64,000 nt of DNA from Patescibacteria group bacterium (lineage in GTDB: Bacteria; Patescibacteriota; Kazan-3B-28; UBA10110). Below the pieces are notes generated by a model that searched no databases, was not told the DNA's origin, and saw only the letters and a list, made by a program, of their open reading frames with translations. Location of the stretch: positions 16,636 through 80,635 of the forward strand of contig JAFGPN010000015.1 in NCBI GenBank assembly GCA_016936175.1, read 5' to 3'. Each line of letters opens with the position of its first letter. Position 1 is the first letter of the stretch. Of the stretch, positions 19,939 through 30,795 are shown piece after piece. The position numbers and the translations under genes are program-made.

Positions 19939-20463
19939 ATGACGAAGAACAAACAACTCGAGCAACTCCGCGCTTTTGTAGAAAACGCCTCTGCTAACCT
20001 GGCATCGGCTAAACAGCTGTTGGCTGGGCTTTTAGGTACCTCGGTAAACAGCCTGGATTACCAGGGTAAAGCAACCGGTATGGCTAGTGATGGTAAGGTG
20101 GTCGAAGGGGTGTTTGACGGGCAGTATATGGTGGATACGGACGGTAAGAAATATCCGGTACCGGCCAACTATGCTAGTAAGTCTAAATTAGTAGCGGGCG
20201 ATGTGTTGAAGCTAACTATTATGGAAGACGGCTCGTTTATCTATAAGCAGATCGGGCCGATTGCTCGCAAGAAGGTTATTGGTACATTAGTGCAAGAAGG
20301 TGATGATTATAAAGTAGTGGCAGGCGGCAAGTCGTACAGAGTGTTGTTAGCCTCCGTGACTTACTTTAAAGTATCGGTCGGTGACGAACTGACCATTTTG
20401 ATCCCAGAATCCGAAGACAGCGAATGGGCGGCAATTGAAAGCGCGGTAATTCAGCCCAAGTAA
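19939..20463 (+). CDS. Conserved hypothetical protein
   Basis: EGVFDGQYM...YPVPANYASKSKLVAGD. Confidence 0.8.
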   Translation: MTKNKQLEQLRAFVENASANLASAKQLLAGLLGTSVNSLDYQGKATGMASDGKVVEGVFDGQYMVDTDGKKYPVPANYASKSKLVAGDVLKLTIMEDGSFIYKQIGPIARKKVIGTLVQEGDDYKVVAGGKSYRVLLASVTYFKVSVGDELTILIPESEDSEWAAIESAVIQPK

Positions 20464-20609
20464 TACATAAATGAATAAACCGGTCGTCTAAAGGCCGGTT
20501 TATCTATAGTAAGGATAGCCTGGGGGTAATGTCGCACAAGATACATTGTGCGACGCTCTGTATTCAAACTCCCCCGATAAGCTGACGGGGCATTTTAAAA
20601 TAATTCTAA

Positions 20610-21056
20610 TTAGTTAGTTTTAATCTTTTGAGTAAAACTATCCGGGTATTTAACTTGCAATAGTTCAGCCGCTTCAGTTGGTTCGCACCAATGGTACTGG
20701 CTGTGTTCCCTACTCAAAGTGATGGGGGCCTTTTCGTCCATTACGGCACAACGGTAAATGAACAAAATCAATCCGACACCAATCTTATCGCCTGGATGTT
20801 GTGGAATACGGATGTTCGATAAGATACTGTCAAAATAGTCGTAACTCTTTAATCGTAGACCAGTTTCTTCTGTTACCTCTTTGGCTAATGTTTGTTCTAT
20901 GTTCTCCCCTTGTTTAACTCGCCCACCGGGGATATCCCAATAGGCGCGGTTCTCATCGATTAGTTCCTGTTTGTTGACTTGCAGTAATAAAATCTGCCCG
21001 GCCTGGTTGGTGATTAGGGCCTTAATACCCAAATTGTAGGTGTCTTCGTTGGCCAT
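20610..21056 (-). CDS. NUDIX hydrolase
   Basis: PGGRVKQGE...KEVTEETG Nudix box. Confidence 0.9.
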   Translation of the reverse strand: MANEDTYNLGIKALITNQAGQILLLQVNKQELIDENRAYWDIPGGRVKQGENIEQTLAKEVTEETGLRLKSYDYFDSILSNIRIPQHPGDKIGVGLILFIYRCAVMDEKAPITLSREHSQYHWCEPTEAAELLQVKYPDSFTQKIKTN

Positions 21057-21206
21057 CTCTCCCCTATTGTATCATCCACAGATCTACTGGGGTGTTTTTT
21101 ATCTCTGAGACGCTACTTTTATAAAAAACAGGCCCAGATTTGTGCAACTTATTAGTTACACAATTCCAGGCCTAAGTCTTCCTATATTAGAGCCGTAGTC
21201 CCCATC

Positions 21207-21698
21207 TTAGCCGATTGGCGGGTTGAGTTCATCTGACACCACGCCGAATTGAATCGGGTCACGGGGGGCGTCGGTGCCGCTTGTCACCTGGGGGGTGACA
21301 ACGGTGGGGTCGACAAACGGGACAGCGGCCACTGCCGCTGTCATCGCATCTGGATCGGCGGGGTCGGTGGGGTCACCCTCTCTCTCTGTCTTCTCCCGCT
21401 GATACAATCGCTGAAGGGCATCCGGGCGGACGTCCACCTCGAGTAGCGAGGTGCCCACAATCACCTCATCGCCGATTTTTACCAACACAGCGGTAACGAC
21501 ACCGTCAGCGTCGGCATTCAGGCAGGTCTTGTCGATCATCATCAGGTGGTCGCCTGAACGTATCGAGTGGCCAGGTAAGACGAAAACCTGGCCGACAACG
21601 CCCCTGATTGACGAAGTCATTGCTACCAACAGTGGTATAGACCTACAAAACACGTCTTCCTCCTTTTTGGGGACTTCGCCTTGTCTTAGGTCGGACAT
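21207..21698 (-). CDS. Biotinyl/lipoyl-domain-like protein lacking the canonical EAMKM motif
   Basis: GVVGQVFV.PG..I..GD.L...ADGVVTAVLVKIGDEV..GTSLLEV. Confidence 0.6.
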   Translation of the reverse strand: MSDLRQGEVPKKEEDVFCRSIPLLVAMTSSIRGVVGQVFVLPGHSIRSGDHLMMIDKTCLNADADGVVTAVLVKIGDEVIVGTSLLEVDVRPDALQRLYQREKTEREGDPTDPADPDAMTAAVAAVPFVDPTVVTPQVTSGTDAPRDPIQFGVVSDELNPPIG

Positions 21699-21778
21699 AG
21701 GTGTATTCCCATTTGTTCTTAAGTGTGGATACTACTTGGGGAACTGTACCCTCCCCATGGGTAAATTCAGATATATCC

Positions 21779-22129
21779 TCATTGGTGGCGGATAAAGAAA
21801 TGGCCGAGGTATTGACCAGGCCAGAGGTTATCGTCGGGTGGATGGTAGGAAAGGACGCGGCATGACAGGGGCTTGTCATACGGTGGTGGCAGGCCCTGGA
21901 CTTCTGCAAGTATTAGCGTCAGGTCCCAGCTGGCCATACTTTCCACAACACTGTGAACCCGGGCGGTTAATTTGATTAGCTCGTCATTCTCGCCGATGCT
22001 TCGAAGGGGTTCCTCTACCGACAGGAGTTTGCCGATGGTCAGTTCGATCGTATCTCCCCTAGTCACCGAGGCTAAGATCTCGTCCTCAGTCGGACCTTTA
22101 GTTATTACACTGTGAACGCAGTCGTTCAT
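21779..22129 (-). CDS. Hypothetical protein
   Basis: ORF with GGAGG upstream. Confidence 0.55.
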   Translation of the reverse strand: MNDCVHSVITKGPTEDEILASVTRGDTIELTIGKLLSVEEPLRSIGENDELIKLTARVHSVVESMASWDLTLILAEVQGLPPPYDKPLSCRVLSYHPPDDNLWPGQYLGHFFIRHQ

Positions 22130-22499
22130 CTCTGCCTCCCCTTTGTATCAAGGGCACGCTAATCGCTGAACCAGGCTTAGCACCTTGGTCGCTGACAACA
22201 CTTTTGGTTGATCTCAATGTCAAAAAGCTTGCCTGTATCAGGTATCGTGGATATCCCATTTTGTCACTATCCCCGACATCTGTCAATATGGATTTATGGC
22301 TCTCAGAGAGAATATTTATAAAAAAATAGGGCCAGAAGATTGTTTGGGATGAAAGCGTGTTTGCGCCTTTGACAATCTTCCGACCCACCACACCAATGGG
22401 TGGTTTGTGCCTCCGCCTTTGCACACAAGCCTCCGTCGGGGTATTACCTGTGTCTGTAGCCGCCTACTGTTCTACCGGTCGGGTGATTGGATGTCTACG

Positions 22500-22865
22500 T
22501 TATACCCCATCATTGGATGAGTGGCATCTGCCGGTTGGAAAGCCGGCCGATTGAATCTGACGGGCTGGGGGTGGTGCGTCTGGGTCTGCGATCACGATTT
22601 TACTTAGGAAACTTCCGGCAGTACCGGGAAAGCTTTCTATTGGCATCCTGACCGTGCCCAAACAAGAGGGCCCTCCATTGTAAACGGAGAACGAAATCTC
22701 TCCCCTCGTCACCTGGGTGGTCACGGAGAGGTGGGCCGGGGTTCCCTTTGACCCCTCGAGTTGAAACCTCTTGGTCCTACGGTAATCATCTGGCTTTCTG
22801 CGCCGGATGGTGCTCGTTGCCGCCGACAAAATGTCGGTGACATCGGTTTCGGTTAGACTCAACAT
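22500..22865 (-). CDS. Hypothetical protein
   Basis: ORF with GGAGG upstream. Confidence 0.5.
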   Translation of the reverse strand: MLSLTETDVTDILSAATSTIRRRKPDDYRRTKRFQLEGSKGTPAHLSVTTQVTRGEISFSVYNGGPSCLGTVRMPIESFPGTAGSFLSKIVIADPDAPPPARQIQSAGFPTGRCHSSNDGV

Positions 22866-23002
22866 GAGGCAGTTCCTCCACTAGATTGAGTTGGTGTAGA
22901 TTAAAAAAGCGGCGAAATCAAGTAACAGGCAGGTAGCTTTAGACAGGCTCCCCGTGCCTGATTAGACTAAGCAATTCTCCCCTTTCTGTCAACCCGGGAG
23001 CT

Positions 23003-23791
23003 TCACCAATTGAAGTTGGGCTGAAGGGCGGGGTGGGACAGGCCGGAGTAGAAGGAGTTGGACGGAGCGTTTGGGATAACTGCGTTACTCCAATCGGTGT
23101 TGATTAGCGGCACCGGGTTAAGGGCGACCCTGGTTTTGCCGTCGACGTAGTCCACTTGAAAATGCAGGTGTGGGTTAGCAGTGCCAGTATTCCCCAAATG
23201 GCCGATTAAATCCCCTGCCTTAATTTGTTGGCCGACCCTTACTGAGACATCTTGCAAATGACCGTAAGTAATTTGATAATTGCCGGTTTTAACAATTACT
23301 GTATTACCAATCCTTTCACCAGCAAATGAAACTACTCCATCGCTGGCGGAGGTTACTTCGATTCCATCACGCCCTGCAAAATCTATGCCATTGTGTCTAT
23401 TCTGCCACTGTGGGTATTTAATATTGTAATCTTCTTTGATAGCGCTAAGTGAGCCAAACCAACCATAAATAAACCAAGTATCAGTCGAATCGCTGGAAAC
23501 GAATTGACCATCTTCTATCACAAAATATTTCTCGCCTTGATTAGTATTCCACCAAATCCCCGATTTGCTTTCATCCCCGCTTCTCCACCTCGACCCCACA
23601 TTAAACGGCAGCCTTAGTTCTAATTCGTTAACAATATTCACAGTAGCTACTGTGAATACGGTCGTATCTTGGACGGTTAAATCAGGTTGGGCCACTGCTG
23701 CTACATGGCCATCGGTGGAGGGGGCGCGCAAAGAGCTCGGCAACAAGACAACGCCGAGGACCATCAAACTAACTAATAGCCACTTTTTCAT
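23003..23791 (-). CDS. Secreted M23 family metallopeptidase
   Basis: HNGIDF, YGHL, PHLHF; signal peptide. Confidence 0.92.
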   Translation of the reverse strand: MKKWLLVSLMVLGVVLLPSSLRAPSTDGHVAAVAQPDLTVQDTTVFTVATVNIVNELELRLPFNVGSRWRSGDESKSGIWWNTNQGEKYFVIEDGQFVSSDSTDTWFIYGWFGSLSAIKEDYNIKYPQWQNRHNGIDFAGRDGIEVTSASDGVVSFAGERIGNTVIVKTGNYQITYGHLQDVSVRVGQQIKAGDLIGHLGNTGTANPHLHFQVDYVDGKTRVALNPVPLINTDWSNAVIPNAPSNSFYSGLSHPALQPNFNW

Positions 23792-23877
23792 AACGCCCTA
23801 CCCTACCCGATTTGTGTGTCCCAGTCAAGAAAAAACTGCAGAGCTCCGAGATGGGGTCGGAACCCTGCAGTTGTTGG

Positions 23878-25210
23878 TTAGAAGCTTACCGTGTACTGAA
23901 CGCGCAACTCGTCGCCCGGACCGCCACCGCCAAGGCCGAAGGCCCCGAGTATGCTCAACGTGCCGCTCTTGCCCATGGGGATGTTGAACAGTGGCCCGGC
24001 TTGCCAGGTGGCGAGTTTACCAAAAGCACTGCTCTCGATGATGACGGCCTGTACCTGTGTCTGACCAAGCTGGCCGGCGTCAATTGCCAGTTCGTTGTAT
24101 AAACTGGCACGGTTGTCCTCTGGCAACTTGAGACTACTGAAGAGTGACCAGCCTCTCCCTAACGTTAGCGCTTGGAGCTTGAATGCGTTCCATTCACTGT
24201 GGTTGAAGATGGCGAGTACTCGCGGTTGCACTTTGGTGTTGCCGGTTAAGGTGCGAGTGCGGCCACGGATGCCGAAGTCGAACATATCGCCGCTTAAGTT
24301 GTAGTCAAACTGAGCGGCAGTGCCGTTGTCCATCGGCCGCCATAGCCGCATGTACTCCACCAAATAGATTGGTTAATGTACCGGCGATGGTGGCAATGAT
24401 TGCCGCCCGGAATCCAAACGAAAGCCGCAAGGCATCGCAGAGTCCGATCTCACCGCTGGCCGCAGTAGTGCAATCCCCATAGATACCGCGCTCCTCGTAG
24501 GCTTCGAGGAGCAGAAGGTTGGCGAATGGGGCTACCAAGTAGGCAACGATCATTGAACCGTACTCGCGCTCGGCTACGCGCTTCCAATCGTAGCCGAAGT
24601 GTCTCAGTTTCATCATCAGTATCAGGGCGCCGGCCAGACCTGCTAGTGTTAGCAGTAATAGCCATCGGAGAGTGCAGGCTGTGTAGTAAGGTGCCAAGAT
24701 CGCGGCAGACTCTCCCACACCGATGCCGTATTCCTGAGCTAGTCGCTCCTTTTCTTGCCGGGGTTCTTCCATTAGTTCCCGATTAGCCCAGACCACTTTC
24801 AGCATTTCTGCCTCAGAGCGGGTGCCATCCAATCCAGCAGCCAACCGAAGTTGGTTGAACATGTCGCTACCAAGGATGTTGCTGGGCCACATTGGATCTT
24901 TGGATAACATCCGGTCTAGCTGGGTCTGGTAGCTCGCCATCGCTTCTAACCGCTGTTTGCAGTCGGTGATGGTGGGCAATTTAGCGACAGCCTGATCGGT
25001 CAGTTCTCGAGCGCTTTCGAACATGGCCTGAACGGCAGCGACTCCCTCAGGCGTCCTGACGTCGTATTGATACGCTTCCCGTTTGGTCTTTGCCTCCAGG
25101 TACTCGCTTGAGTGCTGAAGTTCAGGCTTGGGGATTTGGATTCACAAGCAGATAAATATCAAAACTGGGAAGAGGAGTTGTAATCCTCTCCACCAGTATT
25201 TTTCTAACAT
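23878..25210 (-). pseudogene. Probable single membrane-protein gene broken by an in-frame TGA (25142-25144) and a frameshift near 24330
   Basis: ATG 25210 with GGAGG is in frame with ORF 24305-25024 across one TGA; ...AAMAAD joins DNGTAAQFDY... of ORF 23878-24363 by a frame change. Confidence 0.55.
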
Positions 25211-25387
25211 GTCAAATGTCCTCCATGTCTGAGATTATGCGGCGTTGGGTCCCATCTCCCACCGCGACCCTCAAATATGCCACATTTTTAGCTCTCAGTC
25301 AAGCTAATTTTAGTATAAAAAGACCCCGCAAAGAGGTAGCAAATAGATTTACCTGATTGCGGGGGGTCTGTTTTGGGGCAGTCGAAG

Positions 25388-26209
25388 TTAGCACCATCTC
25401 CCTTGGAGAATGGCTTCGGGGTCGAGGCCAAGCCGTTGGGCGAGCCCCACGTAGCCTGTCATTACATCGCCGGTATCGAATCGGAACAGGTCCTTATCTA
25501 ACTTCTCGCCGGTCTGGGCGTCGACCAGTCGACAGGTATCGCCAGTAATCTCGTCGGCCACGGCGATATCACCGTAACGTAGGCGACCGAATTCGAGCTT
25601 AAAATCGAGTAGCTTAATGCCATGACCAAGGTAGATGCGGCGAAGGCCGTCGTTGACCTCTTCCGTCAAGTTGAGGATGGTGTGCATCTCGTCCGACGTC
25701 AGTAGCCCCATAATTTCCACCGGGATGGCGAGATGGCTGAAGAAGGGGTCGTGTAGGGCATCATTTTTGAGCCCGACTTCAATCAGTGGTCGTGGGATTG
25801 GAGTGCCCGGTTCGATGCCAAAGCGTTTACACAGACTGCCGTGCGCTTCGTTCCGCACGATTATTTCCAGCGAGATGATGTCAACCCTGTGCATTAGTTG
25901 GTGGGTTGGGCTGACCTGCGCGATGAAGGCGATTGGAGCAGTCGCTTCGTAGTCGGCGTTCAGCTCCTGCCACAGCCGGGAACTGATGGCACAGTTGAGA
26001 CGACCCTTCCCTGCCCTCTCATCACGTTTCACTGCATCGAAAGCCGTGAGGGAGTCCTTGAACTCCATCAGCACATATGCGCCCTGGGAATTGTTGGGAC
26101 ACTTGCGCACGCGCTTGGCCTTGCCCTCGTAGATCAGGGGAGCGCGGGAAAGCACCTCCTCCCCCATCTCCTGCAACGCATTGGCCAGTACTTCGATTTT
26201 CGGATCCAT
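25388..26209 (-). CDS. purC: SAICAR synthetase
   Basis: YEGKAK, FKDSLTAFD, KNDALHDP, LLDFKLEFG, ADEITGDTCRL. Confidence 0.95.
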   Translation of the reverse strand: MDPKIEVLANALQEMGEEVLSRAPLIYEGKAKRVRKCPNNSQGAYVLMEFKDSLTAFDAVKRDERAGKGRLNCAISSRLWQELNADYEATAPIAFIAQVSPTHQLMHRVDIISLEIIVRNEAHGSLCKRFGIEPGTPIPRPLIEVGLKNDALHDPFFSHLAIPVEIMGLLTSDEMHTILNLTEEVNDGLRRIYLGHGIKLLDFKLEFGRLRYGDIAVADEITGDTCRLVDAQTGEKLDKDLFRFDTGDVMTGYVGLAQRLGLDPEAILQGRWC

Positions 26210-26287
26210 GTATTCCTCCAATAGTATGAAATGTCGAAGTCCATCGCCTAAAGCGACTTTTAATCCTAACAGACCCACTAATTTCCC

Positions 26288-26983
26288 TCAAGTGATGATA
26301 TCTCTGGCATTAACGGTAATGTATTGGCCGGGAGCGAGGTCGCGAAGGCGGAGTTTGCCGATGCGAATCCGTTTAAGCTCTTGAATTTGGAGATGTAGCA
26401 TCTCCGCTATTCGCCTGATCTGGCGCTTTCTCCCCTCTTTGAGGGTGAGCGAAACGACGTATCGATTACCAGTCAACTTTTCGATAATTTTCACTTTGAT
26501 TGGTTGGGTAAGTGAACCATCTAATTTAACCGGCCTCGCGAACTGTTCGATTTTTTTCTCATCACCTTTTAAAATAACCTCATACTCTTTTTCGTGTTCG
26601 TAGCGCGGATGAGTTAACTTATTAGCTAATTCGCCGTTATTGGTAACTAATATTAGTCCGCAGCTATCTTTGTCTAATCGGCCAACCGGATAGACGCGGA
26701 TATCTTTGGGGAAAAAATCCGCAATCGTTTTCTCGGCGTGCTTGTCGCTCAAGGTCGAGGTTACCCCAACCGGTTTATTAAAAGCATAGATAACTTCGCT
26801 TTCTGGTTTTACAATCTTCCCGCGGAATTTAATAATATCCATTTCTGAATCGATGGTGATGCCTAGTTCGTGTACCACCTTTCCATTAATAGACACCAAA
26901 CCCGCCGCAATTAACTCATCAGCTTTTCGGCGGCTGGCTATCCCGGCGGATGCTAAAAATTTATTTAGTCTTTCTTTGGCCAC
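26288..26983 (-). CDS. rRNA pseudouridine synthase, RsuA/RluB family
   Basis: S4 domain, VGRLDKDS, EGRKRQIRR. Confidence 0.93.
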   Translation of the reverse strand: MAKERLNKFLASAGIASRRKADELIAAGLVSINGKVVHELGITIDSEMDIIKFRGKIVKPESEVIYAFNKPVGVTSTLSDKHAEKTIADFFPKDIRVYPVGRLDKDSCGLILVTNNGELANKLTHPRYEHEKEYEVILKGDEKKIEQFARPVKLDGSLTQPIKVKIIEKLTGNRYVVSLTLKEGRKRQIRRIAEMLHLQIQELKRIRIGKLRLRDLAPGQYITVNARDIIT

Positions 26984-27386
26984 GGTAATGTAAGAAGAGG
27001 GCGATTAGAAAAGCGACAAGATAGATACAGGCGCCGTAAAAACATGGCGTCAAGAAAGGATTGGTGATATCTGCCGGGCAAGCGCTAACGCACTGTTCCC
27101 CCCGGAATAATTTGTAAGCAATATAACCCCAGTTGCCCAAAGCAAATAAGGTACCAGCGCCTAACAACCAAGTAATAAATCTCTGCCACAGCCGGTCAAT
27201 CTTATCCGGTGTAAACAGGATGTATAGAGCCGACAGGGCGGCGACGGTTAATCCTACAGCACCGTAAAAGCACATCACTTTAAGCGGATTAAGTCCGCGA
27301 GCAATATCATCCGATACTACATTCCAGGCAAACATTACGCCGCCTAATAACACTAACAGCTGTAAATATTGAACAGGGCGCATCAT
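26961..27386 (-). CDS. Membrane protein with paired Cys (VKOR/DsbB-like, uncertain)
   Basis: Four hydrophobic segments; CFYGA twice, CVSAC. Confidence 0.6.
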   Translation of the reverse strand: MMRPVQYLQLLVLLGGVMFAWNVVSDDIARGLNPLKVMCFYGAVGLTVAALSALYILFTPDKIDRLWQRFITWLLGAGTLFALGNWGYIAYKLFRGEQCVSACPADITNPFLTPCFYGACIYLVAFLIALFLHYRGQRKTK

Positions 27387-27535
27387 AGAATTACAAATTA
27401 AAAATTATAAAGGTTGATGTGTCATTCTGAGCAAAGCGTCCTTGGGGCCTGGATCCTGAATAAGTTATTTATAGTAGGCCTACGGCAGTAAAGTGTTTTC
27501 AGGATGACAAGGGGTGCGGGGATGACGCGGGAGCG

Positions 27536-30500
27536 TCACTTTAATAAATTAATAACTTTTTTAAGTCCATCGACCCAGTTAGCCCCCAGGCCTGCCAGCG
27601 GCAATTTAACCAAGTTATCCGATACCTTGGCGCCGATATTCTCCAATGCGCCGATTACATTCTTATCCTTCAACACATTGGTTAGCATAATGTTGCATAG
27701 ATATTCTACCGGCTTATTGCTGGGCGCGATATTGCGAGCAATAATCGAATTGATTTTTTGGGTATCGAGGGCCAGCAATTTTAATTTGAGTAGATCAAAC
27801 AGATTCTGAACCTCTTTGGGTAGTTCTCCAAACTTTTCTTGCATCTCAGCTAAGGCTTCTTTCATCTCTTTTTCATCCTCGACCAAAGCTAACTGCTGGT
27901 AAGTTTTAATGCGTTGGGCTTCGTTATCGATATAACTGGTTGGCAGGTAGGCAGAAATGGGCAGGTCGACGGTAATAGTATCCACTTGTGGTCGATAGCC
28001 GGTTTTTAATTCTTCGATCGCACGATTTAACAGTTTGGTGTACATAGTTAATCCAACGGCGCTGATGTGGCCGTGCTGTCTTTTGGATAACACACCCCCA
28101 GCCCCTCGAATTTGTAGGTCCCGCAAAGCTATTTGATATCCGCTTCCCAGTTCGGTGTGACCGGCGATGGTTTTAAGCCGCTCCAAAGCCTTACCGGATA
28201 GTTTGCCAGCGCTGTAATAAAAGTAAGCATAAGCCTGAATCTTACCGCGACCGATTCGACCTCTTAATTGATGTAGCTGACTTAGCCCAAAGTTACCGGC
28301 GTTATCTACAATAAGGGTGTTAACGTTGGGGTTATCTAAGCCATTTTCGATAATAGTGCTAGCGACCAAACAATCGTATTTGCCCTGACGAAAATCTTCC
28401 ATGATCTTGGCCAATAACCGTTCTGGCATCTGACCGTGAGCGTAAACAAATCGCACCTCTGGCAGGACTTCTTTTAGTTTGTTGGTGATGCTGGCAATGG
28501 TAGCGACTCGGTTGTGGACAAAGTAAACCTGACCACCACGGCGAATTTCGTTTAGGATAGCCTCTTTTACCGCATCCATATCAAATGGGGCGACAGTGGT
28601 TTGAATTGGCAAGCGGTTGATCGGCGGCGTTTCGATAGTGCTGATATCGCGGATACCAGATAACGCCAGGTTGAGTGTTCGTGGAATAGGCGTAGCCGTA
28701 AGGCTTAATACATCAACTTCGGAGCGCATCATCTTTAATTTTTCTTTATGTCTTACTCCAAAGCGTTGTTCCTCGTCGATAATAATCAGGCCTAAATTGG
28801 CAAATTTGATATCTGGTGAAAGTAAACGATGCGTGCCAACCACAATATCAACCTCGCGGGTTTTGAGCCCGGTGACGATTCTCTTCTGTTCCTTGGTGGA
28901 GCGGAAACGGCTTAAGGCCGCTACCTGGGTACCGAAGGGGCTTAATCTCTCGGTAAAAGTTTTAAGATGTTGTTCAACCAAGATAGTGGTGGGAGCCAGC
29001 ACGGCCACTTGATAACCAGCGGTGACGGCCTTAAAGGCGGCTCGGACTGCTACTTCGGTTTTGCCAAAGCCCACGTCGGCAACTAATAATCGATCCATTG
29101 GTTTGGACCCTTCCATGTCGCCTAAAATATCTTGAATTACCTGTTCTTGGTCTGGGGTCTCCTCAAAAGCAAACGAATCGGCCAAGGCCTTCTCCCAAAA
29201 TTCACCGCCCTCAAAGGCGATGCCTTGATGAAGAGCTCGTTTAGCATAAAGATCCAGCAACTCTTTAGCAAACTCCTGAGATTCTTTTTTAATTCGACTG
29301 ACCAATCGCTTCCAGCCTTGAGAGCTTAGCTTAGACAGGACCGGTTTTTCGCCCGCCACCGAAACATACTTACTAATCTTGTCGATCTGATCAACTGGCA
29401 CGTAGATTTTGTCTGCTCCGGCGTATTGAATGGTTAAATACTCTCTGCTAATATCGTTAACCGTCATGGTGCCAATCTCTACCAGTTTGCCGATGCCGTG
29501 ATCGGCATGGACAACGTAATCTCCTTTTTCGATTCCGGCGAGGAATGCGAGTTGTCGGCGGCGTGGAGTTTTTTTGGAATGTCCGGTTTTTTCGGTAATG
29601 GGCGCAAATATCTCGGTATCGGTAAGCAGGATAATTTTTAGCGCCGCGCTCATGAACCCTTCTGGGACACGGCCTTCGATTAAGGCTAATTTATCGGTGG
29701 GCGTATCCCCCATCGAGATTTTGTGGTCCAGCAGTACGGGTAATAGTTGTTTGCCTTTTTCGGTGGCCAGGATTATCTGATAGTTTTTGGTATCGTATTT
29801 TTTTATCTCGTTAGCCATTCGGTTAAGATCATTGGCAAACAGGGGGGCTGAGGCTAAGTCAAATCGAATTAGGTCACGCTCGGTTGGCGGGATAGATACA
29901 AAATGCCAGGCCGGTAAGATATCTAATTGTTTGCTGACCGTGGTTAAAATAGTGTTGTCGCGATTATTATTACTGCCCTGATACAGCTCGTATAACATCT
30001 GAAACAGCTCGTCTGCTTGATGAAAGATGAGGAGGTATGGTTTAGGGTCTGGTTCGATTAATTCCAACAAGTACTGATTGATCTTGGCGCTTTTAATGGC
30101 CGGGATTTTGATCTGCTCTAGCTGTTTACGAGTAACTGCACTAACTGGATCAAATTCTGATATTTTTTCTAAGCGGTTGCCGTTAAATTCTAAGCGATAC
30201 GGATAGCCATTGCCGAGGGCAAAGATGTCGAGGTTGCCTCCTCGCATGGCTATCTCGCCGCTTTGAAAAACTTTGGTCTGCCGCTCGTAGCCGTTAGTGA
30301 TCGAGTTAGTCAGTAGCTCTTCCGGGTTATATTCGCAACCAATTTTTAGAGAGTTGGCAGAAGCAGGGCTGGTTAGTGGCTCAATTAGAGATTTGACGGG
30401 AAAGATAAAAATTCCGGGTTGTTTTTGAGTAAGCGCGGCGGTGGCGTTTGCTCGCTCCAAAAAATCGGAGATATATTCTTTACGATTGATTCGCTCGGAT

Positions 30501-30763
30501 TTTAGATTGGGATAGGTGTAGACAGGAGTATCGGTTAGTTGCTCTAAATCTTGTTTGATTGCCGCTTGCTCGCTCTCATTTTTGACAACATAGATAATTT
30601 TTTTATCAGTGTCTTGCCGAATCTGCGAGAGTACCAGCAGTTTCCCGGTTTGGTTAAGGCCGGTGATGTAAACCTTGCCATTATTAACCTTCTGCTTTAG
30701 AGATTTATAAGCAGTAAGATCGCTAAATTTAGCAGACAGGTGGTGCAGGATCGAGGTGACCAA
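27536..30763 (-). CDS. mfd: Transcription-repair coupling factor
   Basis: GDYVVH CarD-like domain, DVGFGKTEVA, IIDEEQRFG, QLRGRIGR, TRCF domain. Confidence 0.97.
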   Translation of the reverse strand: MVTSILHHLSAKFSDLTAYKSLKQKVNNGKVYITGLNQTGKLLVLSQIRQDTDKKIIYVVKNESEQAAIKQDLEQLTDTPVYTYPNLKSERINRKEYISDFLERANATAALTQKQPGIFIFPVKSLIEPLTSPASANSLKIGCEYNPEELLTNSITNGYERQTKVFQSGEIAMRGGNLDIFALGNGYPYRLEFNGNRLEKISEFDPVSAVTRKQLEQIKIPAIKSAKINQYLLELIEPDPKPYLLIFHQADELFQMLYELYQGSNNNRDNTILTTVSKQLDILPAWHFVSIPPTERDLIRFDLASAPLFANDLNRMANEIKKYDTKNYQIILATEKGKQLLPVLLDHKISMGDTPTDKLALIEGRVPEGFMSAALKIILLTDTEIFAPITEKTGHSKKTPRRRQLAFLAGIEKGDYVVHADHGIGKLVEIGTMTVNDISREYLTIQYAGADKIYVPVDQIDKISKYVSVAGEKPVLSKLSSQGWKRLVSRIKKESQEFAKELLDLYAKRALHQGIAFEGGEFWEKALADSFAFEETPDQEQVIQDILGDMEGSKPMDRLLVADVGFGKTEVAVRAAFKAVTAGYQVAVLAPTTILVEQHLKTFTERLSPFGTQVAALSRFRSTKEQKRIVTGLKTREVDIVVGTHRLLSPDIKFANLGLIIIDEEQRFGVRHKEKLKMMRSEVDVLSLTATPIPRTLNLALSGIRDISTIETPPINRLPIQTTVAPFDMDAVKEAILNEIRRGGQVYFVHNRVATIASITNKLKEVLPEVRFVYAHGQMPERLLAKIMEDFRQGKYDCLVASTIIENGLDNPNVNTLIVDNAGNFGLSQLHQLRGRIGRGKIQAYAYFYYSAGKLSGKALERLKTIAGHTELGSGYQIALRDLQIRGAGGVLSKRQHGHISAVGLTMYTKLLNRAIEELKTGYRPQVDTITVDLPISAYLPTSYIDNEAQRIKTYQQLALVEDEKEMKEALAEMQEKFGELPKEVQNLFDLLKLKLLALDTQKINSIIARNIAPSNKPVEYLCNIMLTNVLKDKNVIGALENIGAKVSDNLVKLPLAGLGANWVDGLKKVINLLK

Positions 30764-30766
30764 CTC

Positions 30767-30795
30767 TTGACTGTTTAATAATTATGTGTTATAAT
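30767..30795 (+). promoter_or_regulatory. sigma70-type promoter facing a structured intergenic region
   Basis: TTGACT-17nt-TATAAT. Confidence 0.65.

Noticed and set aside
22140-22500. Possible riboswitches in structured intergenic DNA
   Set aside because: Hairpins are present but I cannot match them to any known consensus.
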